NCBI GenBank assembly: GCA_021613535.1
Contig: CP075494.1
Coordinates: forward strand, 2,976,001-3,040,000
Length of the DNA: 64,000 bases
From: Adineta vaga
Lineage: Eukaryota; Animalia; Rotifera
Reading direction: 5' to 3'
Shown here: positions 11,660 to 24,238 of the stretch, in pieces
Layout of the letters: each line of letters opens with the position of its first letter
How positions within the stretch are numbered: the stretch's first letter is position 1
Translations under genes and position numbers: made by a program
Notes under the pieces: generated by a model
Told to the model about the DNA's origin: nothing
Seen by the model: the letters and a program-made list of their open reading frames with translations, nothing else
The model's database searches: none

Positions 11660-14600
11660 TCAAGATTTTTGATGATGTCGATCAGCTGCCTGTTGAAGTT
11701 TAAAGTAAAGACCTCTTTTCCGTAGTAATTCTTCATGTTGACCTTGTTCTCGTACTTTGCCATGTTCGACTACGGCGATTTTTTCACTATTTTGTATTGT
11801 TGTAAGTCGATGAGCAATTGTTAAACATGTTCGACCTACTCGAACTTGATCGATCGCTTCTTGTACAATCTAATTTATAGAAAATAGAAGAAGAAGATAA
11901 ACTAATGAATTATCTTACTCTTTCCGATTTATTATCAAGTGCAGACGTCGCTTCATCGAGTAAAAGTATTTTTGGTTTTCTTAATAAAGATCGAGCAATG
12001 GCTATTCGCTGTTTTTGACCTCCTGCAAGTTTTGTACTTTTAATATTACCACAATTTGTCTCATAACCCTAGAATAATAATTATACAACAGAATTCCTAA
12101 AATGAAATCGATTTTACTTGTGGAAATGCTATAATTTCATCATGAATATTCGCTTGTTTAGCAACTTGTTGAATTTCTTCGAATGATACTTGTCGATCAT
12201 TGATTCCATATGCAATATTTTCACGTATTGTACGATCAAATAATATCGGTTCTTGTTGAACAAAACCAATCATTGAACGAAGCCAATTTATATTCAATGT
12301 TCGTAAATCTTGACCATCCAAATATATCTGACCATCAATCACATCATAGAAACGAAGTAATAAAGAAATTGTTGTACTTTTACTAGAAATTCATGATTAT
12401 AGATATGAATAGTTGTTCTCTATAATGTATATCTTACCCACAACCAGATGAACCAATCAAAGCTGTAGTTTGTTCTTGTAAGCAAGTAAGATTGAATTTA
12501 TTCAATACACGTCGTTCCATTCGATTTGGATAAGCAAAATCAACATTATGAAACACGATATTTCCTTGAAAATCATTCTAAATAGATACAATTGAACGAA
12601 ATATAAATTCATTTTTTTTGAATATACCAGTCTTACACCTTCTTCATTATAAGGATCGATAGTTGATTTTTGTTTACATAAGATCATTAAACGTCGTGCT
12701 GCTGCTTTTGCTAATTTATAATCAGGCATTGTTGATGTACTTCGACCAATTGACATTGAAGCAAAATTAATAACAATAAATACACGAAAAACATCAGCAA
12801 AATTCATTTGACCATTTTCAACAAGATACGCTCCATAACTAAATGCTGTTACATGAATGAAATACAAAAATGAATTGGCAATTGCTTTTCCTAATGCTTG
12901 TATTTGAATTTTACGTATTCGTTTTCTAAAACAGAACTTATTCATATATTTGCTCATTGATTTATCGAATTCAATTTACTTAGAATCATTCTTAAATGCA
13001 TTTTCATATTTTCCAATGAAATATTTTTCTTGATTAAGTGTTACTATGGTACGTATATCTTGTAAAGCTTCGATAGCGTACTATAAGAAACGAAATTTGA
13101 TATGATTTCAAAAGGAAAAGTTTTCACTTACTTTTCCGCCTTCTACTGCAAATGATTTTGTTCTTTTAGATTGACCTGCTTTCGATTGTGTTCGTCCTTG
13201 TAAATAACCCGATAGAATCAACAACGGTGTAAAACATAGAACGACTAATGTTAATTTCCAACCAGCTAGAAATGCAACAATCAATGTGAAGATAAGAGCA
13301 CCCGATGATGAAAAAATCGTTATTAAGATTCCGGTTAAATTCTAGAAAATAGTTATCTCAATTTTTTTTTCTTCTCTAAATGTATCTATAATTTACTTTG
13401 AGAGCAGCTGTATCATTTGTAAGATGAGTTACCAATGATCCAACATTATTTTTCTCTTCATCAAACCAACTAATTTCACGTCGTAAGATTGTTTCAAATG
13501 TTAATAGACGCATACGAAATGTTAACGATTCTCCTGCTTTAGTAAATGTTACTGTACTAAGAAATTGTAAGAAACCAGCGAGAACATATATACCAAATAT
13601 ACCTAATGATAAATTTCGTGTACGAGATGATTGATCATCAAGATTTGGATTTGCTAAAAGAGCATAGATTAATGAATAGAGAAGCGCAACTGCAGGTTCG
13701 ACACCACCAAAAAGAAGAGAACAGAGAGAACCGATGATTAAGTAGAATTTTTCCGGTAAATAGAGTTTGAGTAGTTTGATAAAAAATGGTGTACGAAAAT
13801 AAAAAGATTTTTTGTCATCAGTCTTCGTCTCGTCTTCATCCAATGAAGTTTCTTCGAGTTTTGTTGAAGCCATTCGTTGTATTGATGTTACTAGAAAACG
13901 GTAAACTTTTATTTGAGAGCAAAATATTTTATAGTTTTATTTACTTGACGAACGAGTCGATAATTGTCGTTCTACAGTAACATCTTCTTCTTGATCTACT
14001 TGATCAGAAGCTAATGAACGATAAATACCATTTTCAATCTGCATCAATTCCTGATGTGTACCATGTTCAACAATATTTCCTTTATCAAAAACGAGTATTA
14101 AATCAACATCTCGAATAGTACTTAATCGATGTGCAATGATAATTGTTGTTCGATCTTTACTAGCTTCATTTATTGCCTTTTGAACTATTTTTTCATTATG
14201 ATTATCTAGGAAAATGAAAATATTCAATGATATGTCTATGTTCTATTTCTCTCTTACCTAATGCTGACGTTGCCTCATCCAAAAGTAATAATTTTGGATT
14301 CGAAAGAATTGCACGAGCAATAGCTATTCGTTGTTTTTCACCACCAGATAACATACCTTTGGCTGATGTATCGTATCCTTCAGATTTTTCAAGAATGAAT
14401 TCATGAGCATTGGCGATCTTAGCAGCTCTCTGGATTTCATCCTAAATTAAATCAAGAGAAAATGAATCTCTTTTCGTGTAATGATCAAAAAGTAAGGACA
14501 CTCTAGAATCGGTTGTACCGTTGCTCAGTTACAGTAAAAATGTCCATATTTTCTATAGATATATTACAAAGAAGAAAAGTTTGTTTTTCTGTCTGTCAAT

Positions 14601-16902
14601 TCACTATATACATTCAATCTCTATAAAAGTTGCGCTGATCAAACTTTTCACCCAGATCATCTTTTTTATCAGTTTACATTATCCCAGTCACAAAGACACT
14701 TACAGGACAAAAAAAGAATATCCGCAGAGTATAAAGAATGTTTCCTTAGAGGACACTAAGATGACTTTTTTTTATATAAGTCGATGAAAAAGTTTTACTT
14801 TTTGAAGTACAAATAACACTCAGATTTCAATTCGATGTTTTCGCATTTATTTTCTCTAGTAATATTTTACTTGTGTGGCATTGGATTTGCCCAATCGAAT
14901 GTTTTCTTCAATTGAACCACAAAATAGTACCGGTTCTTGTCCGACATAACCAATATGTGAACGAAGCCATTCAATATTCAATTCTCGAATATCTTGACCA
15001 TCTAATAATACCTAAACAAATTCATTTCATCATAACAAAACATTTTTTTTCTTTCTCATTACTTTGCCAGAATCAGGATCATACAATCGACATATCAATG
15101 CTAATATAGTACTTTCTAAAAGACCATCGACATAATACGAAACTTTTCATTCGTTATTTAGAAACTCTTACTTCCGGATCCAGAATGACCCACAACTGCT
15201 ATTCTTTTTCCACTTGGAATTGTAATATTAACATTTCGAAGAGTCTAGAAGAAAATAAATCTATTTTTATAATTGTCGAAATAATCCAGCAAACCGGTTG
15301 TTCTGGACGAGCAGGATAAGTAAATGTAACATTTTGTAATTGAATTTCTCCATTGAATAAGGACGGTTTTTTACCTTGATCTATTTTTGATGCATCAATT
15401 TTCGATTTCTAATCAAATAATCAAAAGAACGAGAATCAATTTCGAAGAATTTACCTTAGCAATTGTTTCAAAAATCGCTGAACCAGAAGCATTAGCATTG
15501 GCAAATTTTTCCAAACTTGGTACGAGTTGATTAAGACACCAAGTTGTATTTAAACATGCGATAAATATCTAATTATAGATTTAAAATCATCTTATTAAAT
15601 CGAATTTTTTGAAAACTTACAACAACGAGTACACCTGCGGAATAATTTTGACATTCTGTTTTAATCAAATATTGTCCATACCAAAGAGCAACTGTGAATA
15701 CGATACCTGTTGATATATTCGAAAATATCTGACATAAACCTTGAATAATTCCTTTCTTTATTCCAATCGATGGAATTTTCAATAAACTAGTTTTGTATCT
15801 AAAGAGAATAGAACAAGAATTTCGATAAAATCAATGAGAATATAGATTAGCATACCTTTCATATTCTTGTTTTTGTCCATTGAATGCAGTAACTGTGCGT
15901 ATACCTGTTATAACTTCTTCGATAATTGTATGTGCTTTACCAGATTCATTAATCTGTTGTTTGGCATATTTTATAGTGAATTTTATTGTTAAATTAAACG
16001 CCAAAATGACGAGCGGAGCAATAGACATGATAACTAATGATAATTTCCATCCTTTAACAAGTGCAAAAATGAGACAACCAACCATCCGAGCTAATAATGA
16101 AAGCAAATCAGCAACTTTATCACCAATGCCTTCTCTAACTTTGAGTAAATCATCTGTAAGCATATTGTTTAATTTGCCTTTGCCGCTGAGGGTATCAAAA
16201 TATGACATATCTTGATAAAGAATATTACGAAATAGACGAAATCTAAATATTTAAAACTAATTATTGTGGTTTTTTTCTTGAAAATAAGAAGTTCACCCAC
16301 CTTATTCGACGAATTTGTCGTTCAGCTGATACCATAAAGGTCGAAAAGCCAATCGTATAAAATAAGATACTTAAAAATCCCAAAAGAACATACCATTTCA
16401 CTACATTTTGAATAGCTTGAATAGGACTCGTAGAACTATCAGGTATGTCAAATCTTGATATACGACAGATGAATTGAGATGATGAAAAACAAAAATTTTA
16501 ATTTACCCTCCATTTTCACAAGATAATTGAGATCGATTTTGAAAATTCATCTCTTGAATATATTGAAGTTTACCATAATTGACAAGTGCATCAGTAACTT
16601 GTTGATAAACGAACAACAGCAATGGAAAACATCCACCACTGGCAAAAGCTGCAATTGTACCAATGATCATAAGGCAGATATCAAATCCATCAGCAAATTT
16701 ATACTATATATAAATGATACAATTGTTTATACAAAAAAATCTTCATCATTTTTTTAGAGAATTTATATCAAAACATATAATTAGTAATACTTACAATTTC
16801 GAAGATGCGAAGTTTTTCAATTAATGTTGAATCATTTGGAGATGATTTTTTTATTTGATTATGCGTAGATTGAGTTTGTACAGGATAAATTTTGTTTTCC
16901 AT
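11660..16902 (-). CDS. ABCB1: Full-length ABCB/P-glycoprotein (MDR1-like) exporter, multi-exon
   Basis: ATG at 16902, TGA at 11660-11662; TMD-NBD-TMD-NBD layout. Walker A GHSGSGKST and GSSGCGKST (both across introns), Q-loops VGQEP and VQQEP, signatures LSGGE and LAGGQ, Walker [12 protein letters not shown] twice, IAHRL twice. Confidence 0.93.
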
Positions 16903-17609
16903 TATTTAAACAAATAATCTTTAAATATTCAAACGAAATATATATATATATTTCTCTTTACTCTGAAAAAAACAAGCAGATACATGTATATATATATTGA
17001 TATTTTGTATGACGTAGGATGATTCGGCATGATATACACTTCCTTTTTTTCTTCCTTCGTTTACTGAAGATTTTTATAGTGAACATACCGATATGAAAGA
17101 AAATCATACAAATATTTTACTTCTCATATCTTGTTCTTCTATTGCATCTATTTATTCGAATATAACTCAAGTAAATCAATTGATTTTGCTATCAATGATG
17201 AAAATCTATTTACAAAAGGTTCTTTACTGACTTCAACAACAACGATGTGAACTATCAGAAACGTTGTACCTCGATAAATTCATTGGTTTTTCTACCATCC
17301 AAAAATAATTTTCTTGCACGATGACAGTTGGAGAACATGACATCATGTTATTTTCTACCCGATTTTTTTTCTCTAAAGGTGAGGTTGGTAGAGTATATAG
17401 TAAGATGTTTATCACCATATTAGCACTCAGAAAATAAGAAAGAATGTTACTGTGCTAATACTGCGAACATGCCAAGGGAACGTGGAGTAATACTCACGCT
17501 CTACTGTATATATATTGTCACTATAGAAGTATAAGAAGAATTTTCATAATTTTATAAAATAGAATTGTTATAAATAGACTATTGAATGAAAAAAATCGAA
17601 TAGAATAGT

Positions 17610-19839
17610 TTATATATTACTATTGTTATTTTCACCATATAACCATTTGAGCATATCAAAATCATTCATATCATGTCGACGTAAAATAGCATCACGTATT
17701 ATTTTGGATATTCCATTGTGATGTGCAAATATGCCAATATCACGAGCAAATTCAACTACTCTTGATGTACGTGGTATTCTTTCTTGTTCATATTCATGAA
17801 AAATCGTATCAATTTTTGAAAGACCATATTTTTTATAGAATTTAGTAAGTGCATAAGCATCTTCTAATGCTTGAGCTGCACCTTGCCCAGCATATTGTAA
17901 CATTGGATGTGCTGCATCACCTAATAATACTAATCGATCACGACTCCATTTTTTTGATGGATTTCGACTAGAAATAAAATGAAAAGAACTAATGAAATAG
18001 AAGAGAACTAATAACTTACTCATAGACAGGCCATCGAACATTCGTTTGAATTAATTTCAAAGCATTTTTCACATGTAAACATCCCTTATTAAATCGTTCA
18101 TTAAGTTCATCTTTTGTTCCCCATTGATCTGTTTCATCGGGTGTTTTATACGATTTAAAAACAGCTGCTTGATTAAATAATTGTCCAGATCGAATTGGAT
18201 ATTGAACAAGATGCATATCAGGTCCAATCCAAAATTGAACATTTTCAAGGCCTGCTTCTTTTGATACTTGATCAATATCAACTGTTCCTCGATAAGTAAC
18301 ATAACCAACACTAATTGGTTGTCCATCATCATGCACAAATTTTCTCAATGAAGACCAAAGTCCATCAGCTGCAATGACCATTTTACAATCATAACGTATG
18401 CCATCAGCACATTCCACCATAATTGATTGAGGTCGTTCATCGACATTAATAACCATACGATTTGTTTCCATTGTAACTAATGAACTTTCTAAACATGCTT
18501 GATAGAGTACATGTAAAAGATCAGCTCGATGTACAACAATATAAGGATATTGAAAAGTTTCAATAAATTTTTCACCTAAATCAATAGCAGTGAGACGTTC
18601 ACCGGATAATGCATCCATCCAAACGATTTGTTTGGGAAAAACAGCATTTAATTGTACTTTTTCTAAGATACCAAGTTGATCAAGTAAACGACTACAATTC
18701 GGTGCTAATTGCATACCAGCACCCAATTCTGTAAAATCGAGATTTTTTTCGATCAATCTTACTCGTACTCCAGCTCGAGCAAAACTCAATGCTGTTGCCA
18801 TACCACCAATTCCTCCTCCGACAATTAATATCGATACCGGAAAAGTATTTGTTAATGGATATGTAATTGAATTATTCTTCAACGTATTTATACTTTGAAA
18901 GATTCTTTCATTCCGAAAATTTTTAAAGAAAAGTCGATGATCACGTTCAGCTATTTCTGCATAGATCATTGCAAATGAACAAATTTGATTCATTAAATTT
19001 TGTTGTTGATCGTTTGAAGAAAGAATTGTTTGAAGAATTTCTTTATATGAATAAATATTATTTGTCTTTGTATCATTTGTTGGTATGATTGTAATTATCG
19101 GTTGACAATGTAGTTTACCTGTTGCCATTGCTAATTGTTTTGCAAGTATCAATAAATTCTTAACATTATTTATAGATTGCCAATTAATATCATACATTTC
19201 ATGTTCAGTTTCAATCGCTCCAATTACTGAACATTGTTTTTGATAGTCAAATGTTTTCTTTTGTTGACAAACGAATTGATTTTCAAGTGAATGTTGTCTT
19301 TTAAGTTTCGTATTTGTTAATAAAATACTTTCGATATATTTTCGAATGAAAACTTCAAGTATTTCAATCATTTCGATACTACTAAAACCTTTATGATAAG
19401 CAATAAGTGCTAAATTAGTTGCTAATCGTTTAAGATCATTGGTAAATGGTGCTAAGATTTTCTTATGTTGTTGTTTGATTATAAATATACGTTCATATGT
19501 AATATCATTGAAATAATATTGAAATTGTCCAAGATGTAAATTGCCATGAATAATAATGGAAAAATTCTTTTGAAATTTATCATTTTCATATTGATTATCT
19601 TCATAGAAAAGTGCGAGATTATGTTCAAAGAATATCACAGGATTCGAAGTAATACGTCGAAAATATTGATGCCAAGCTTTACTTTCATATCGTTTGTTAA
19701 CCATATGATATTTGGAAAAAATTTCTATAAGATAATCAAGACGTTGATTATCATCACATAAAAGTATTTTATTAAGTAACAGTCCATTGTTGATAGGAGT
19801 ATATTTTACATGATCATTGATTAATTTGATTCGTTGCAT
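17610..19839 (-). CDS. Fusion of a degenerate DUF2252 (kinase-like) domain and a group A flavin monooxygenase (3-hydroxybenzoate 6-hydroxylase/salicylate hydroxylase-like)
   Basis: Single exon 18020-19839, intron 17968-18019 (PVYD|RNP), last exon to 17610. N-half has IHGNLH, APFTNDLKRLATNLALIAY, LAMATGKLHC, RDHRLF. C-half has IVGGGIGG, ELGAGMQLAPN, IAADGLWS, LLGDAAHPMLQYAGQGAAQALED. Confidence 0.85.
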
Positions 19840-20311
19840 TGTTATTTGGAGATATTCTTATGATTTTCATAGATATTTATATGTCTATCGAGTAGATGAG
19901 AGGAAGTGATAATATACCACGTATTTTCAGTCTTTTTGTGACTATGTCTATGTCATGAATGGTTTTTTTCGAATTATGTTTTACTATGACGTTTAATTAT
20001 TTTAATTATGAAAAATTTTCTGTTAAGATATTCACTTCTTCATAAGTTTTTTCATTTCTATATTTGTCTTAGCGTCACGTAATCGATATTTGAAAGTGAT
20101 TTTATACAGATCACTTTTTTCTAATCAAATATCTTTTGAAAAGTAGGTAGTTCCGTTTTTTACTCAAAGTCATATAGAAAAATATCCGTTCCGCTTCATC
20201 ATTAATAAATGATATTTTACCACAGAACGAACAAATATAGAAAAATTGGTTTTTACTTCCTCTATTAATAATATAAATAAACATTAGAAAATATATATTT
20301 GTTTTTGAAAA

Positions 20312-21414
20312 ATGGATATTATGATTATATTTTATTCGATTGTTTTATTAACTCTTCAAATAAATACTTCTGATGGTAAGTTTTTACTCGATGAATTCTC
20401 CCCTTATGACTATATGAAGTTCTGAAATGATTACGCTTGATAAAATCTTGTTTTTATTCTTCAGGTATTTTACAATATAGAAATCTAGTTACATTTGGCG
20501 ATTCAACAACAGATTCCGGAACAGCTTATCGTTTATCAAATCACACCTGGCCACCTACTCCTCCATTTAATACCAATGGAGGTTTTGCTGATGATCTTCT
20601 TTGGAATCAAATACTTGCAAAAAATTTTCTTCTCAATGCTACATTAGATGATTATTCATGTGGAAGTGCTACAACTGATAATCTATTAGCACAAGGAACT
20701 ATGAGTCGTAATCCAAATTTAATATCGAATTATGAAATTCGTCGAAATACGAAATCACCTGGTGTTCGACAACAAATCGTTCAATACATAAATTCTACAA
20801 CGAATAAAACAATTGATTTTAATCAAACTATTTATATGATTTGGAGTGGAACAAATAATTATTATTTTAATAAAAATTTAACACCATCAGATACAGTTCA
20901 AAGTATATTTAATTGTTTAAATTTATTAATTCAATTCGGTGCTCGAAATTTAATCATTATCAATGAACCACCATTTGATAGATTTCCCGCCTTTCGAGAT
21001 AAAACAGAGACAAATCTAACGAAACAATTATATCTTGATCATAATGAAATTTTATTAAAAAGATTTTCGGATAATTTTTCACCTTCAAAAACAAAATTTA
21101 ACATTCAATTATTCGATAGTTATTCATTTATTATGAAAATTATGGATAATTATACAAATTATGGTTTTGAAAATTTAGATAGTTGTTGGGATTCAATAAC
21201 AAATTCAACAATACAAATTCGTTGTCAAGATTTAAAAAAACGAATGTTTTGTGATGAATATCATTTTACATCTCAAATGCAAACGTTAGTTGCTCAAGAA
21301 TTTTATCGTCTTTTGACTATAGGAAGTAATTCAACAACAAATACAACGAAGAAAATATCAATTAATTTGACACTTTTTATTTTTCTATGTATCACGAATT
21401 TTTTCTTCAAATAG
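20312..21414 (+). CDS. Secreted or GPI-type GDSL/SGNH lipase-esterase
   Basis: Signal-peptide exon from ATG 20312, intron 20376-20464. Block I FGDSTTDSG, block II GSAT, block III GTNNY, block V DEYH; hydrophobic C-terminus. Confidence 0.88.
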
Positions 21415-21824
21415 ATTACAAATAACACTCATTAGAAATGTGAAATCATTTTATTTAAAAAGCTTTTCACCACAGTCCTTCGAGGTCTAAAATGTGAAAA
21501 TCGCATAGATTATTTGCGATGATAGATTGTTATAGGAATGAGATTTGCAAGAGATCGGCTTTTCTAATCATGAAGTTTTGTCTGTAATGAAGGGCACGGG
21601 GAAAAAAGATTAAGGTCTTGCATCGGAAATGAGTATTTCACATACACCTCGACTATTATTCTGCAGTCATGGAGTTTTCTGATGATACAAGTTTACTGCA
21701 ATCTGATTGGCTTGATCAAACAAAATTATCAAGTCTATAGCCCTTTCATCCAGAAAAAAGATCGGTATACTATAGCGAAACGTTTATTTTAGCACAATGA
21801 AAATCAAATAGAACTATTTTCTTT

Positions 21825-22354
21825 TTAGAAAAATCTTATTAACATAAGAAAAAGTCCAATAAAATGAAGAAATCCATATGAATATATTGTCTTTGTATTA
21901 TTACATAAATTCGATTGACAACACCATAAACCAAATCCATTTATAGAATCTTGTGTACACCATTGTGCAACATCACGATCCACAATAGTTAAGATTGATG
22001 TTTTCTATTTCAATAATAAATATGTAAAAAAAAAACAATAGAATTCAAAAACGAAAAAGATCAACTTACTCTGCAATAATATCCTTCATTTGCAGATACT
22101 GTTACTTTTGAAATGTTATTTGAACTAAATGGATCATTACAATTCGAACATACATAACAAGTAAGTGTATCATTTGCTTGATGAGATACTGAAATAATAG
22201 AAATAAGTGAATGTAAATTTTAAGTCAAGAAACTCGAATCTGATGTTAGTATAGTACGATATAGAAAGTGTTATGGTTTCGTCTAATAAAATATTTACTT
22301 ACCAACAATAAGAACGCTTATCAAGACCATAATGAAAGTAAATCGGATACTCAT
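21825..22354 (-). CDS. Small Ly6/three-finger (quiver-like) GPI-anchored protein; absent from the ORF track
   Basis: Three exons (introns 22189-22302 and 22005-22069): signal peptide, LTCYVCSNCNDPF...YYCR|K...WC...WCCQSNLCN, hydrophobic tail GFLHFIGLFLMLIRFF*. Confidence 0.8.
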
Positions 22355-22714
22355 TGTTTTTCAAAGACGCTTCTAATTTGAATTCTGAAATCTTTTCGAA
22401 TGAATTAATCAATAAACATGTATTTAATCAGTATTTTATAGGTGCAATGTGTGCTCGGCGATTTTACTAAAAGTAAGTTAAAAAATCATAAAAAGGGAAG
22501 TGACAGGTTTATTTTTTTCTCGATATAATTATAATTTTCTGATTAAATCTTCTATGATATTGAATGATTTTGGTTTATTTTCACGTGAAAATATAAATGT
22601 CCACCAATGGATAATTATCTACATGACGTAATTATAAAACTCGGAAGAGAAGAGCCATAGATTCACTATATTAAGGACATTTTGTATTCTTTTCTGTAAA
22701 CAAGGTATCAAATA

Positions 22715-23469
22715 ATGTTGTCTTTCGTGGTTTTAATGTACATTGGATTCTCCTGCGTAATATCAACACCTATTCTTCGAAGTAACTTTTGCTTTTATTT
22801 CGTTTTCGACATACGTTATAAGAGAATAAAATAATATATGAAATTTTTATTATTATTAAAGATGCACCGACAATACCAGAACAGTATATTCATTATCGAA
22901 ATGCTCGTTCAGTTCTTCCAAATATGGATCAAAAATTGAAGTATTTTATTGCTAATAAATTAGAATCATTGGCAAATAATCTTAATGATGGTAAAATCGT
23001 TTCACCAGCGATTGTTGGACCAAATCAAGGTGATCGTTTTAAACCGTTAGCAGTTGCCAATTCTGAACGTTTGATTCGACTTCGTGGTAATCAAACAGAT
23101 GGTCGACTAACATTAATGGAAGGAGAGATTTTAGTTGGAGAAAGTCCTCCACTTCATATTCATCATCGTGAAGATGAATATTTTCATGTTTTACAAGGAG
23201 AAATTGAATTTCAAGTAGGAGATGAAAAAATTCTTGGAAAAACTGGAACATGGGTCTTTGCACCAAAATTTATTAAACATACATTTCGAAATATAAATTC
23301 CACAGGTGCTCGATTAGAATATGTTTTTCAACCAGCTGGTATTGAATATTATTTCGAAGAAGTTAGTAAAGTTATTGTTGCACAAGCACCTGATTGGCAA
23401 GCTCAAGCAGCTGTTGTTGCAAATAAATATGGAATTGAATTAGAAGGAACACCAAATTGGACAGGATAA
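22715..23469 (+). CDS. Secreted monocupin, quercetin 2,3-dioxygenase (QueD)-like
   Basis: Signal exon MLSFVVLMYIGFSCVIS from ATG 22715; intron 22782-22861 in frame. Motif 1 PPLHIHHREDE and motif 2 GTWVFAPKFIKH give a full 3-His-1-Glu site. Confidence 0.82.
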
Positions 23470-23567
23470 TTTTTTTCGATTTTATGTTTTCTTTAATAAA
23501 ACTTTTCGTATTATGAAAGTAAATCATTTTGATTAACAAATGAAAAATAACTGTTGAACTTTATTAT

Positions 23568-24238
23568 CTATAGAAAAGCCTTTACAATAACAAGAAATAT
23601 TAAAAAAAAAGATGATAATTTCAATTGATTAGTACCATTCATTATACAACCGATATCTTTCCAATCTACTACAGGTAAATTTACAATGCCATATAATGCA
23701 GCAGTTTCATTTGCGATTGTATAATTAACTGGTTGTGTGTCGAATACAGGAGTAATTTTCTCCAGATAGTTTTCTATACCCGAGGGTGCAAATAATATTT
23801 GTATATGTACTGGTTTAGAATTTAAATTTCGAACTGATTGTGATGCATTTCTTGGAATATAAACCGTTGTACCAGCTTGTGCACAAAATTGATCACCATT
23901 GACATAGAATTGAAGAGTACCATTGATAATAAAAAATGTTTCATCTTCTCTCATATGAAAATGATTTCCAGCTCCTTCATTCATGTAAACGATTCCTTCT
24001 ACAATAGTAAATTGATTAGCTGTTTGATTTCCACGAACGATGATTTTGTAAATTGCATTTGGATATGGTAATACATGAACAGATTGACCTTCGTTTGGTT
24101 TAACGACTGCATAGGATGTTGATTGACTAACTAAGAAGAAAAGGGTTCCTTATCAACAGTCTATATATAGTTGTATATGTACTTACATATAGAAGCAGCA
24201 AATAGCAAAGTAGCAATAAAACTTTTGTAAATAAACAT
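23568..24238 (-). CDS. Secreted or GPI-type monocupin, QueD-like, with His-to-Gln at the fourth metal ligand
   Basis: Signal exon MFIYKSFIATLLFAASI from ATG 24238, short intron, then RGNQT...HFHMREDE...GTTVYIPRNASQ; hydrophobic C-terminal tail. Confidence 0.8.

Noticed and set aside
21471-21800. Transib-like terminus CACAGTC...
   Set aside because: No matching inverted end or TSD found nearby.
9653-24238. Bacterial operon or contaminant contig
   Set aside because: Genes alternate strands, carry GT-AG introns and signal/GPI peptides, and are interleaved with metazoan genes (Ly6, GPCRs, P-glycoprotein) at uniform base composition.
22715-24238. Gentisate 1,2-dioxygenase completing a 3-hydroxybenzoate pathway
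   Set aside because: Gentisate dioxygenases are cytosolic ~350-aa bicupins with a 3-His site; these are secreted monocupins with HxHx4E.
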